Shown here: positions 50,749 to 59,614 of the stretch, one piece after another | Position numbering within the stretch: the first letter of the stretch is position 1 | How the letters are laid out: every line of letters begins with the position of its first letter | Origin: Candidatus Latescibacterota bacterium | GTDB lineage: Bacteria; Latescibacterota; UBA2968; UBA8231 | Direction of reading: 5' to 3' | Assembly: GCA_965223905.1 (NCBI GenBank) | Contig: CBDCXV010000011.1 | Location: 1,984,001-2,048,000 of the forward strand | DNA: 64,000 bases | Position numbers and translations under genes: made by a program | The notes under the pieces: model-generated | What the model was told of the DNA's origin: nothing | Database searches by the model: none | What the model saw: only the letters and a program-made list of their open reading frames with translations

Positions 50749-51657
50749 TCATGGGCCGAACGTGGCCTTGATGCGGGACCAGGAATCCCATCGGATGGCC
50801 GTCGGGACCTGGCCGTCCGGGCCCAGCAGAATGCCATCGGAGAAATTATCCGCGCCCCCGTACGGGTCGGGTTCGGCCGTTGTCCGAAGGCCGAAAAAAT
50901 CGTTCCCGCCCTGGTTACGGCGGTCCCATTCCATGACACCGACGCTGAGGCCGATGATCTGCCCGGCCCGAAAATCCGATATCCGACTGTAGTCCGGGCC
51001 CCGGCTGTCTAGTTCGTCCCAAGCCGTAACATAGAGCTCCACAACCCATATAGTCGGATTTTCGCCGGCCGTGTCTCCGCCGCCGTGGGCGAACGGCGGC
51101 CAATACATCCATGGGCCATAATCTTCCTGCTCGAACACGGATAGTTCAACCGAAGCCCGGCCGTTCTCCGTTTGGGAAACGGCATGCCACCGTTGCGCCT
51201 GCCGATGGGATTCATGCGTCGTCGGATCGTCGCCGTGCGGGCCACGGAAATCGTATTCCCCGCCCGTATGGTCCCCGTCCACCGCAAGGGAAACGTTGTC
51301 CGAAACCATGAAGCCGCCCGGATGGTCTTCGTAGTAGTGCGCGTCATCGGCAAAGACGGCCGCCATGTACAGGCGGCCCGGTTCCCCCCAGGCAAGCCAA
51401 ATGCGGAAATCCAGGTTCGCCGGGTCATACGGAACCGAACCCTCAAAATCCAACGCCGTAAGCAGCGGCGGGCCGAGGGCTTCCCGCCAATCGTCTATGC
51501 TGCCATCATCCAGATCAATGCCTTCCAGCACATGGGCCGGAACCTGCGGGATGGGCAAAAGCCGCTCCCCGATGTGTCCGTCGGCCGGATCGGCCAACAA
51601 GCCGGTCACCAGTACGGCCCATGGCATAGCCCACAAAAACGCCGCCGGACACATCAT
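50749..51657 (-). CDS. Secreted CBM9/DOMON-like protein with a C-terminal SW-x-x-IK tail
   Basis: Signal peptide, DDGSIDDW, RLYMAAVFADD, LAVDGDHTGG; ends TAIRWDSWSRIKATFGP. Confidence 0.65.
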   Translation of the reverse strand: MMCPAAFLWAMPWAVLVTGLLADPADGHIGERLLPIPQVPAHVLEGIDLDDGSIDDWREALGPPLLTALDFEGSVPYDPANLDFRIWLAWGEPGRLYMAAVFADDAHYYEDHPGGFMVSDNVSLAVDGDHTGGEYDFRGPHGDDPTTHESHRQAQRWHAVSQTENGRASVELSVFEQEDYGPWMYWPPFAHGGGDTAGENPTIWVVELYVTAWDELDSRGPDYSRISDFRAGQIIGLSVGVMEWDRRNQGGNDFFGLRTTAEPDPYGGADNFSDGILLGPDGQVPTAIRWDSWSRIKATFGP

Positions 51658-52112
51658 TTCGACACCCGGCCCATGGCCTTGACTCGGGCCCAAGAAGCGG
51701 GCCGAACGGCCGTCAGAGGCACGGGTGGGTCGGAGTAGAAATTGGCCGTCCAGGTAAAATCGGAGCTAAGCCCATCCTGCTGGGCTACCACGCCCCATGC
51801 AAAGGGCCCCGAACCGCCAAACTTGTTTGTGTGCCGGAACCGCATGACGGCCACGTCCGGCCGATGTTCCACCTGCTGGCCGCCGGCAAGGCCGATTACC
51901 CGCCATCTGCCGTCCCTGAATTCTTCCCAATGGTGAAAAATCTGGTAGCTGTCCGCATCCGGCACCGGAGTCCAGGCCAAGTCGATAAAATCCTCCGGGG
52001 CCCCAGGCTCGACCCAAATAGAATCCGGGGCCGGGATGGAGCCGGTACCGTGCCCATGGGCCGGGACCGTCCACAGGGCGAACACCCCGAGGGCAAAAAG
52101 TGCGTTCCTCAT
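51654..52112 (-). CDS. Small secreted Fn3-like protein with a C-terminal SW-x-x-VK tail
   Basis: AAGGAGGT RBS, signal peptide, LAWTPVPDADSYQIF; ends TAVRPASWARVKA. Confidence 0.65.
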   Translation of the reverse strand: MRNALFALGVFALWTVPAHGHGTGSIPAPDSIWVEPGAPEDFIDLAWTPVPDADSYQIFHHWEEFRDGRWRVIGLAGGQQVEHRPDVAVMRFRHTNKFGGSGPFAWGVVAQQDGLSSDFTWTANFYSDPPVPLTAVRPASWARVKAMGRVSK

Positions 52113-52287
52113 GGCAAACCTCCTTGGGGTTAAGGGGCCGCGTCGGACACGAAACACATGGAAATTCATCGAAACTAAGAGATGACGCCTCGCCGCCCAA
52201 TCGTGTAAACAGAAAGGTACCCACACCGCGTGTAAAGGATCCAAACCGTTGATACAGCAGTCCGACCCCTCGTCAGCGACAAGAAAT

Positions 52288-52304
52288 GGGTCTATCCGGG
52301 TTTT
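52288..52304. mobile_element. Isolated ISL3-type terminal IR
   Basis: GGGTCTATCCGGGTTTT is identical to 46981-46997. Confidence 0.7.
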
Positions 52305-52841
52305 ATTTGTGCCGCTTCTTGCCAAGGTGCGACTGCCAGAAGCCGTACAACAGCGCCTGCGGAAACCATCCCATCAGGGGCCCGCACTCCCAGGGAGTGG
52401 CCCTGAAGATCGATTGTCCGAGCTCGGTTCTGATGAAGTCCTCGTCTCCGTGCCTGGGTCCCGGAGATACGCATCGGCATTGCGGTGCGGAAACTCCAGG
52501 CTCGATAGCTGTTTCGGCAGGTGGGCTGGAAGGTTGCTCAGGGAGGACAGGTCAAGCACCAGCTGAGGAACCGGCGTCGCGCAATTCCGGCGCAGGGCTT
52601 CCTCCAGGCGGTTGGCCTGGGAAGGGACGTTATCGATCACAATCACCGGAGTGGACTCGTCATCGTCGGACGATGCCCAGCGTCGATTCGTCTGGTACGT
52701 CCCGCCTTCGTACACCGCAGGTTTGACCGGGCCGCCGGGACCCGACAGCGGCTCCAGTTCGGTGTCGATGCGGATACCGTCATCAAACGAATCGTCAGCG
52801 CAGCCCTTCCGTAGCATCTCGAGTGTGATAGTGCAGGCCAT
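52305..52841 (-). pseudogene. csb1: Type I-G (I-U) CRISPR Cas7/Csb1 N-terminal half, frameshifted and truncated
   Basis: LEP..G...VKPAVY, IDNVPSQANRLEEAL, PHRNADAYLRD; after a shift at ~52450, PQALLYGFWQSH. GGAGG RBS. Confidence 0.8.
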
Positions 52842-53266
52842 GCAACCACCTCCATTTCAGTGAAATTCGATTGCAGAACGAAAAGGTATGGGCGCAAGGA
52901 AGCAGGGAATAAAACCGTCATGTCCTGCTTCGAAGCCATCCCGACGGACCCTATGAGGGGGCGAAGCACATCGTAAAGGTGGTTATCGTAGTCACCCGCC
53001 GCGTTGGCACGAAGTATCTTTGAATTTAATATAGTGCTCTGTAGTAAGATAATAGTAAAATAAAAGACCATTGTTGTGATATGTTTTTAAAATTGTACCA
53101 AAAAAGAGCTTATTTTTGCGAGGTGACCTGAAATCGTGGGGGAGGTTCTCCGTCCCCACCAGGAAAGAGGACGCGGGGGAGGTATCCGGTGAACGGGACA
53201 GATTCCAGTTGGCAGGAAAAATCAGGACGATGCTACGAGCTAAAAGATAGGTGCAACGTATTACAC

Positions 53267-53359
53267 CTACTCCTTGGTCGGCCTGCGCCAGTGGTTCAAG
53301 ACGATCTGAATCACCTCAAACGCGACTTCCAGCACAATCGCCAACCATCTTGGCATCAT
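53267..53359 (-). CDS. Putative 30-aa amphipathic peptide (not in the ORF track)
   Basis: GAGAAGGA RBS then MMPRWLAIVLEVAFEVIQIVLNHWRRPTKE*; AT-rich upstream. Confidence 0.4.
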   Translation of the reverse strand: MMPRWLAIVLEVAFEVIQIVLNHWRRPTKE

Positions 53360-53623
53360 GAGGTATCCTTCTCAAATTCAATAATAATTTCATTATTCAG
53401 GGATCGGATTCCCATCTTTTTTTCATCTCAGAGGTTTATAATTCTTTTCAGAAAGGAACCTTCCCTTTGAGAAAGGAACCTGTCCTCTGTTGGATTAGGA
53501 CATCGGCAGTTGTGCCGATAACAAGCCCCGGATCGCCGGTGGTACCGCGCATAAGGAGAACACAGTATGAAACGGCATGGCTTCAATCTAACCCTCGCAA
53601 ATAAACCTTCCCGAGGCCGGGTC

Positions 53624-53914
53624 ATGAGACGCTGCCTCTCCAGATGGCAGCTTCGGTTCCGACTTCTTCTCCTGCCGCTGCTTGGTTGCAGTGACGACAA
53701 GTCTGTTGATCCAGCAACTGCCAGAATCGAGGCTTGTGTGCGGGCGCAGGAAGAATACCTGAGCCTACTGTCGAGCTCCGAGGGTCCGTACTATTTGAAC
53801 ATTGCCAAGGAAGACAGCATCATACACAATCGGATGGTGGCGGGAAGTCGGTATCTGTGCGAGACCGGAATCCAACTAGGGGGTGAGCCGTTCGATGAGG
53901 CCGCGTGTTTCTAG
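53624..53914 (+). CDS. Putative small lipoprotein
   Basis: Basic N-region, LLLLPLLGC lipobox-like, SDDKSVDP. Confidence 0.45.
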   Translation: MRRCLSRWQLRFRLLLLPLLGCSDDKSVDPATARIEACVRAQEEYLSLLSSSEGPYYLNIAKEDSIIHNRMVAGSRYLCETGIQLGGEPFDEAACF

Positions 53915-54164
53915 GAGTGTCAGCATCGGGAAGATAGACGCCGGGAAGCCGGGTTCGACCGGGGCAATGGCAGATCACGGAGATGTGCAAGGACGCCTGC
54001 ACCGCCGTCACGGTAGCACACCGGACTGAGGATTGAAGGAGATTGCCGTCTTCTACAAAGGAGAATAAAATTTTGAAGACTCTTGCTGACCTGTTGTGTG
54101 AGAACAAGGACCGGATCCTTCGACTCCTTCCAGGTTCGGGTCGTTGGTAGGTGACCTTATGCCG

Positions 54165-55018
54165 GAACCTATCTCAAAATTGAAATTGTTTAAGTACAAT
54201 CAAAATGGATGCAAGTTGGACGAAGCCAAGAAAATTCTCCGGATACAATTCCCAGCGAGTGATCACTCGACGCTGCCATTGAAGCCAAGCAAAGAATCTC
54301 TCAACCATCCAACGCCGCACATAACGCCGCAATCGCCGTCCATCCTGAGTCTTTTTCTTGGTCCGATTCTGGCGATGCGGGGCGATCATCTCGATCCCGT
54401 CTTTCTTAAGCTCTTCATCCAACGAATCGCTGTCGTACGCTTTGTCACCGATCAAGTTGTCAGGTTTGTCTTCGATCAGGTAAAAGTCAAAGGTCAACTG
54501 AACCAGCGTCACTTCATGATGGTTCGCTGCATGCGTGCTCACCGACAAGGGAAGCCCATTGCCGTCCACGATCCCCATGACCCGCACCCCCTTACCTCGC
54601 TTGGTGTGGCCGATATCGGCACCTCCACCCTTGGCCGCCGAGAACATGCCATCGATGAAAGCCTCCGATTCGTCCAGGCCCCCTTGCTCGTGAAGGGTCT
54701 GGGCCAGGTCCATGAGAACTTCGCCTACCACCCCTTGACGACACCAGTTTTGAAAACGGCGATGCACGGTTTTGTAGTTCGGATAGCACTGCGGCAACAT
54801 ATGCCATTGAGCCCCGGTGTTTAGAATCCAAAGGACGGCTTCAAAAACATCACGCGTGCAAACCGGTTTGCGACCCGGATGGCTCTTGGGACGAAGTTCT
54901 TCAGGAAAGTGATGACGGATTCGCTCCCATTGCTTGTCGGTCAGATTGACCATACACCAATGGTACATCACTGTCATTTCGAAAACAAGTTTAAGTTTGC
55001 CTATTTTGAGATAGGTTC
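54165..55018 (-). mobile_element. IS5-family insertion sequence, intact
   Basis: Perfect inverted ends CCGGAACCTATCTCAAAAT (54162-54180 and 55003-55021), including the duplicated target. Confidence 0.92.
54174..54953 (-). CDS. IS5-family transposase
   Basis: LTDKQW, TGAQWHMLP..YP.YKTVHRRF, IDG, GDKAYDS, RWMVERFFAWL. Confidence 0.92.
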   Translation of the reverse strand: MVNLTDKQWERIRHHFPEELRPKSHPGRKPVCTRDVFEAVLWILNTGAQWHMLPQCYPNYKTVHRRFQNWCRQGVVGEVLMDLAQTLHEQGGLDESEAFIDGMFSAAKGGGADIGHTKRGKGVRVMGIVDGNGLPLSVSTHAANHHEVTLVQLTFDFYLIEDKPDNLIGDKAYDSDSLDEELKKDGIEMIAPHRQNRTKKKTQDGRRLRRYVRRWMVERFFAWLQWQRRVITRWELYPENFLGFVQLASILIVLKQFQF

Positions 55019-55525
55019 CGGTCAAGGACCTTTCCGATGGTCACATGGGGAAAACCCTTGGGGATCATCTGGCTCCCGACCAGACAGTCGGTCGCTTGCG
55101 CAGCGACCACTGATTGAAGGGGTGGGCCGAAGGCCCGAGGAGGCATCCTGGCAATCTCCACCACCACCGACTCGTCTTCGGGCGTCAGCGCAGGGTGCGC
55201 CCCGGATGAATTCGCGTGCGTAGCGCCGCCAGCCCTTCCTCGTTGTATTGTCGCAGCAACTGGCGGACGTACTCCTCGTGCAGGTGCAGGGTCGCCGACA
55301 GTTCCTGGACCCGCATCCCCTGGGTACTGAGGGAGATCAACTGCCCTCGCCGCATTTGGACGGCATTGCGGGGCCGCTTCAGCCATCGGCTCAGTTTCTT
55401 CGATTCGGCGGCATCCGGTGTTCGAGCATAAAGACACATGGCAGGACCCTCCCTGAAGAATGGCCATATGTCCCCCTGATACTACCACGTACGGGAAAGT
55501 ACAACCCCGAATCCTTAACGGAGCA

Positions 55526-56875
55526 CTAGAAAGCTTTACGCAGTCGATGGAGCCGGCCCTTTAATTCCGGATCGACCACTCGGCCGTCCGGTCCGATCCA
55601 CACATAGGACGGGAAGCCCCCGATATTGTAGAGCTCGGTCACCTTCCCCTGGTTGTCGATCCTGTCGAGGATCTGCGGCCAGGCGATGTTGTTCTCGGCG
55701 ACGTAGCTGGCCACGACATCTCTGCTCCCGTCGGTGCTGACTCCGAGTATTTCAAGCCCCCGGGCGTGCAGGTCATCGTACAGCGAAACCAGTTCGGGCG
55801 TGTCCTGGATGCACGGTGCGCAGGTGGTGAACCAGAAGTCGAGCAGTACGTGCTGGCCCCGGAGGTCGGACAGCATCAACGTGTCGCCGGACATGTCGAC
55901 AACCGAGAAATCGGGGGCGAGGATGTCGGCGGCGATCTCGCGTTTGCGGGCCACGGCCTCTTCTGCTGGCGCCAAGACGATGAAGTCCCCCGCAGGATCG
56001 ATGCGTCGAACCTCGAGGGACAGACCCCTTATGTTGAACGGTTTTTCGCTGAGGTAGAATTCCTCCGACTCACACTCGTTCTCGAAGATGCCGTCCTTGT
56101 TCAGATCCCACAGGACGTAGTTGCCGTGGCTGTTGTGGTAGGTGGGAACGTCGTAACCGTTGCGGATGGCGAGTCGCAGAGAATCCCCGTTGAGGACAGC
56201 CGATCCCGTGAGCAATTCATAGACCTCGCCTCTGAACTTCGGGTTGTCCGGAGCCCGGCTGCGGATGTACTTCTCGTATTTCACGACTTCGACCGTTACC
56301 GTCTTGCGCGCCACGGATTCGCCGTGGGAAAACTCGAACTCCACGTCCGCGCGAGCCGTGTGTCCGTAGAGCACGGGTAGGGCCCGACTCAACAGGCTGA
56401 GGACAAGGCCGTCGTCCTCGGGATGAACGGGGCTCTCGTCGGCAAAGTCCTCGTCGTTGTCCGTATCGAAGTAGAAGACCTCGTCGCCGTCCGCATCGAC
56501 ACCGTTCAGGAAGGAGACCTTCGAGTCGGCTTGGAGACCGACTGGCGGAGACCAGAGGTATTGGGGAGCGGCTTCCGCACCGTACCTGCCGACGATGATC
56601 GACTCGACGCTGAGATCGAAGATGCCGTAGAACCGGATGCTGGGGCCGGCGGGGAGTCCGGACAGATCCTCGAGGGGCGTGCGGCTGATCCAGCCACGGT
56701 CCTCGAAGTCGATCCCCGGCCAGTGGAAATCCGCCAGGATGTCCTCGCTGGGGACCACCCTCTCCAACCGCACGGTTAGGGCCGCCTCCAGGCCCTCGGG
56801 TTGGGGATGGGATGGCGTTGCCAGGAGTCGGGAGCCCAGGACGAATGCCAGCGCTGCCGGGTTTTTCCAGATCAT
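55526..56875 (-). CDS. Secreted TlpA/redoxin-domain protein
   Basis: APDF...LSDLRGQHVLLDFWFTTCAPC...GFPSY..IGPDG. The stop codon is supplied by the IS630 end. Confidence 0.85.
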   Translation of the reverse strand: MIWKNPAALAFVLGSRLLATPSHPQPEGLEAALTVRLERVVPSEDILADFHWPGIDFEDRGWISRTPLEDLSGLPAGPSIRFYGIFDLSVESIIVGRYGAEAAPQYLWSPPVGLQADSKVSFLNGVDADGDEVFYFDTDNDEDFADESPVHPEDDGLVLSLLSRALPVLYGHTARADVEFEFSHGESVARKTVTVEVVKYEKYIRSRAPDNPKFRGEVYELLTGSAVLNGDSLRLAIRNGYDVPTYHNSHGNYVLWDLNKDGIFENECESEEFYLSEKPFNIRGLSLEVRRIDPAGDFIVLAPAEEAVARKREIAADILAPDFSVVDMSGDTLMLSDLRGQHVLLDFWFTTCAPCIQDTPELVSLYDDLHARGLEILGVSTDGSRDVVASYVAENNIAWPQILDRIDNQGKVTELYNIGGFPSYVWIGPDGRVVDPELKGRLHRLRKAF

Positions 56876-57059
56876 GTTCGCTCCCTTCGAAAACCTGCTG
56901 CCGCCTGCCTGGTCTCTCGTCATCGGGTCGCCTCCCCGGCCAACGTCGTCACCGCATCGACCAGTCTGTCCAACTCCGTTCGCTGGTGTAGAAAGCCGCC
57001 AAGATACGCACTCCGGGATACGCACTCCGGTCGGATCGGTCAAGTTCGGTCAAGTGTTG

Positions 57060-57356
57060 GAAAGGATCCAGGCGGTCCGACGCCTGTGAGGTAAGCGCGG
57101 ATGGAGGCGGAGTCGGTCAGGACAGCAACGATGCCCAGGGCGGTGAGTTTTTCGATGAGCTCGAGAGGGGACACCAGCAGATGAGAGGTGCCGTCGGCCC
57201 ACGGTGTCTTCGGGAAAGGCGATTTGGTCATGGGCGGTGATGCGCAGGCGGCCAGCGGCAAAAGGGGGGGGTCGGAGGACGTATCGGCAGAGCCGTTCCA
57301 GGCCGATGCGATCATCCGCGCCAATGCGGGTAGCTGCGTGCAGGGAGAAGCCACGA
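57060..57356 (-). mobile_element. IS91-family (Y2) transposase internal fragment
   Basis: GFSLHA..LERLCRYVLRPP and KTPWADGTSHL..SPLELIEKL in broken frames. Confidence 0.8.
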
Positions 57357-57662
57357 GCCGACGCCGAACTGCTCGACGAGCACATCGGCGTCTGGGTCCA
57401 GGAGCCGGAGCCCGGCTTCGATCTGGTGATCGAATTCCTGCCTGGTCATGCCGAGGCTCGGGACAATGCGGAGTGGGTCGTCACCCGACTCGTCGAGAAC
57501 GACGTCCGGTCGCTGCCGGAGGGTTTTCTGGCCTACCACCAGGGCACGCTGTCGCCTTATCGCGGCATGCGCGGGGTGGTGATCGAGACCGACGAGCATC
57601 CCTTGGCCGAGGCCTGGGCCAAGTCCGTGCTGGAGCGGTTCGCTTCCGACCGCATCGCCTGA
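57357..57662 (+). pseudogene. 3' fragment of an unknown gene
   Basis: Protein-like, GC3-rich frame with no start, abutting the IS91 fragment. Confidence 0.4.
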
Positions 57663-57689
57663 CTTGGCCGAGCCGAAAAATGAAGTAAA

Positions 57690-57998
57690 GACCGGCCGTA
57701 CACATTGACGCGATTCGGACTTAGCTAGAACGCTGACAACCACGGCTCGGATGCTTTCTCTTCCCCTGCGCTCAGCGGCTTCGCATCGGTGGCGGCCATC
57801 CAAGCCCCACATTTCTCCCCCGGTTGGCCGGGCAACTACAATCGGCAGGAGATCCTGCTCCCGCGCTCGAAGGATGCTCTCTAGGCGATCGGGGTATAAC
57901 CTCAGGCTTGAAGTAGAACCAAATTTGTACCTGAGCGAAAGAATTCCAAATATTCCCCTTGGATCCCATTCAAATTCCATCCTTGGCGGGTTCCTCAT
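57690..57998 (-). CDS. ParB/Srx-like domain protein, probably truncated
   Basis: LLPIVV...LDGRHRCEAAERRG..SIRAVV; no clear native stop. Confidence 0.55.
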
Positions 57999-58059
57999 TA
58001 AAATAGTGGTCAGTCTCTCGAATTATGGGCGATAACGCACAAATCCATCAATTCAAAAA

Positions 58060-58311
58060 TCAGCTCGCTGCGTGCAATTCCTCACGCAACACTCGACGCA
58101 GGGTATCCTCGTCAACAGGAGGCTTCCTTTTTCCAAGGTAATCTCTCAATGCCTCGTTGATCATGGTTTGATAACCTGTCCCCGCCTCATCTGAAAATGA
58201 ACGAAAGGCATCCAGTATGTCGTTATCTACATACATGGTAATTCGCGTTTTTCCCCTTTGCGGGACTACCGCCCCTCGTCTCCCACGGCTGAAATCATAT
58301 TCCTGTTTCAT
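58060..58311 (-). CDS. brnA: BrnA antitoxin
   Basis: MKQEYDFS...KTRITMYVD.DI...GYQTMINEALR. Confidence 0.9.
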   Translation of the reverse strand: MKQEYDFSRGRRGAVVPQRGKTRITMYVDNDILDAFRSFSDEAGTGYQTMINEALRDYLGKRKPPVDEDTLRRVLREELHAAS

Positions 58312-58567
58312 AAATCTTCCTTTCTCCCCGAGTCGCTGATCTCGCCGAAATTATCCTTATGGTTTCTTCGTAAACTGCATATACTACCACGAGGGTCCGC
58401 CCCAAAGCATCCAAACCAATAGTAACATGCCGTTCTTCGACTACCTCCCGATCATCTGCAACCGTCAAGGCATAGGGGTCAAAGAGTACCGATTCTGCGT
58501 CTGAGAATGATACACCGTGCTTGGCAAGGTTACTCCTGGCTTTTCCTGGATCCCATTCGATGTCCAT
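58295..58567 (-). CDS. brnT: BrnT toxin
   Basis: EWDPGKARSNLAKHGVSF...EER..TIG...IRIISAR.AT. Confidence 0.92.
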   Translation of the reverse strand: MDIEWDPGKARSNLAKHGVSFSDAESVLFDPYALTVADDREVVEERHVTIGLDALGRTLVVVYAVYEETIRIISARSATRGERKIYETGI

Positions 58568-58651
58568 CGTCTGAATATATGCATATTATGCATATATTAC
58601 AAATGGCCGGATAGCGGGGGGTGTAGGCACCTGCGAAAGTGCGCGTTGCGG

Positions 58652-59503
58652 TCACAGGCCGGAAAGCTGTTCCGCCACGTGGTCCGCGAGATCCTCGAAT
58701 TCACAGGTGCCCCGGTACTGCACGAGTTCGAACCGCTGCGCCTGTTTCAGCGTCTCGGCCCGCCGCTCGTTGAGCGTGACCTCGTGCGTGATGAATTGCC
58801 CCCACCAACCCAATCCCCGCATGCGGCCGGGACTCGCCGCGACGAATGAATCGCGGTAGCTCGCCGGAAACAGCTCGGTGTAGGCGGCGTAGCTGTTCAG
58901 CCACGAGCTCGTGCCGATGCGCCTGATCCCCGGGGCGTTCCCCGCCGCGTCTTCGAGCAGCTGCTGCATCCAGGCGAACTTTCTGCGCCTGTCCGCGAAA
59001 GGGGAATGGGGTGCCTTGTCGTTGCCGATGTGTATCTCCGCTCTGTCCCTGTCCGGGTCCCCCGCGGTGTAGCGAAAGCAGCCGAACCAGTTCATCCCCG
59101 CGTCCCTGGCGATGAGTTCCTCGAGAAGACTCTCCGCGTTGGCATCCTCGTACTGCTCTTCGCACTCGTACATCGGAACGACGAAGCCCATGGCGGCACC
59201 GGTAAACGCCCGTGCATCGCCAGCCCGTTCGAACGAGGTGAAGATGGCGGCCAGGCCCTCGCGGAACTCCTGCCAAAGCACGTTCGCTTCCGAGACCGGG
59301 TCCTGCGTTATCGACCGGCTTTTCCAGGGAAGGTATCGCCAGATCATGGTGCGCTCGTACAGGCACTTGTCGAAGTTCCCGCTGCCGTTGCGCGCCGTCT
59401 GAAACGCGTGCCAGAGGCAGAGGCCGGTCATCTCTCTCTTGAGCGCGCGCAGCCGTCTCGTTATATCATCGCCGGGATGGAAGGACCAGTGGTGGATGTT
59501 CAT
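58652..59503 (-). CDS. Hypothetical protein
   Basis: Start re-set to ATG 59503; motifs SWLN and GWWGQF; partial paralog at 45491. Confidence 0.7.
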   Translation of the reverse strand: MNIHHWSFHPGDDITRRLRALKREMTGLCLWHAFQTARNGSGNFDKCLYERTMIWRYLPWKSRSITQDPVSEANVLWQEFREGLAAIFTSFERAGDARAFTGAAMGFVVPMYECEEQYEDANAESLLEELIARDAGMNWFGCFRYTAGDPDRDRAEIHIGNDKAPHSPFADRRRKFAWMQQLLEDAAGNAPGIRRIGTSSWLNSYAAYTELFPASYRDSFVAASPGRMRGLGWWGQFITHEVTLNERRAETLKQAQRFELVQYRGTCEFEDLADHVAEQLSGL

Positions 59504-59614
59504 GGCGCGAAGGTAGCTTCGATGCCGCGGACCCGACAGAATCGAAGACATGAGGAGGTCCACCTCACATCGCATACAGCCCGAGACGGCTGCACGCCGA
59601 GGAGTTGAAGAGAG

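Larger units (their letters stand above)
54105..55528 (-). mobile_element. Degraded IS630-family remnant (HTH half) interrupted by IS5
   Basis: End TAGTGCTCCGTTAAGG at 55528; YNEEGLAAL, WSL; resumes past IS5 as RHKVTYQR..TWKESKDP. Confidence 0.75.

Noticed and set aside
52860-54100. CRISPR array near the cas7 relic
   Set aside because: No regularly spaced direct repeats were found.
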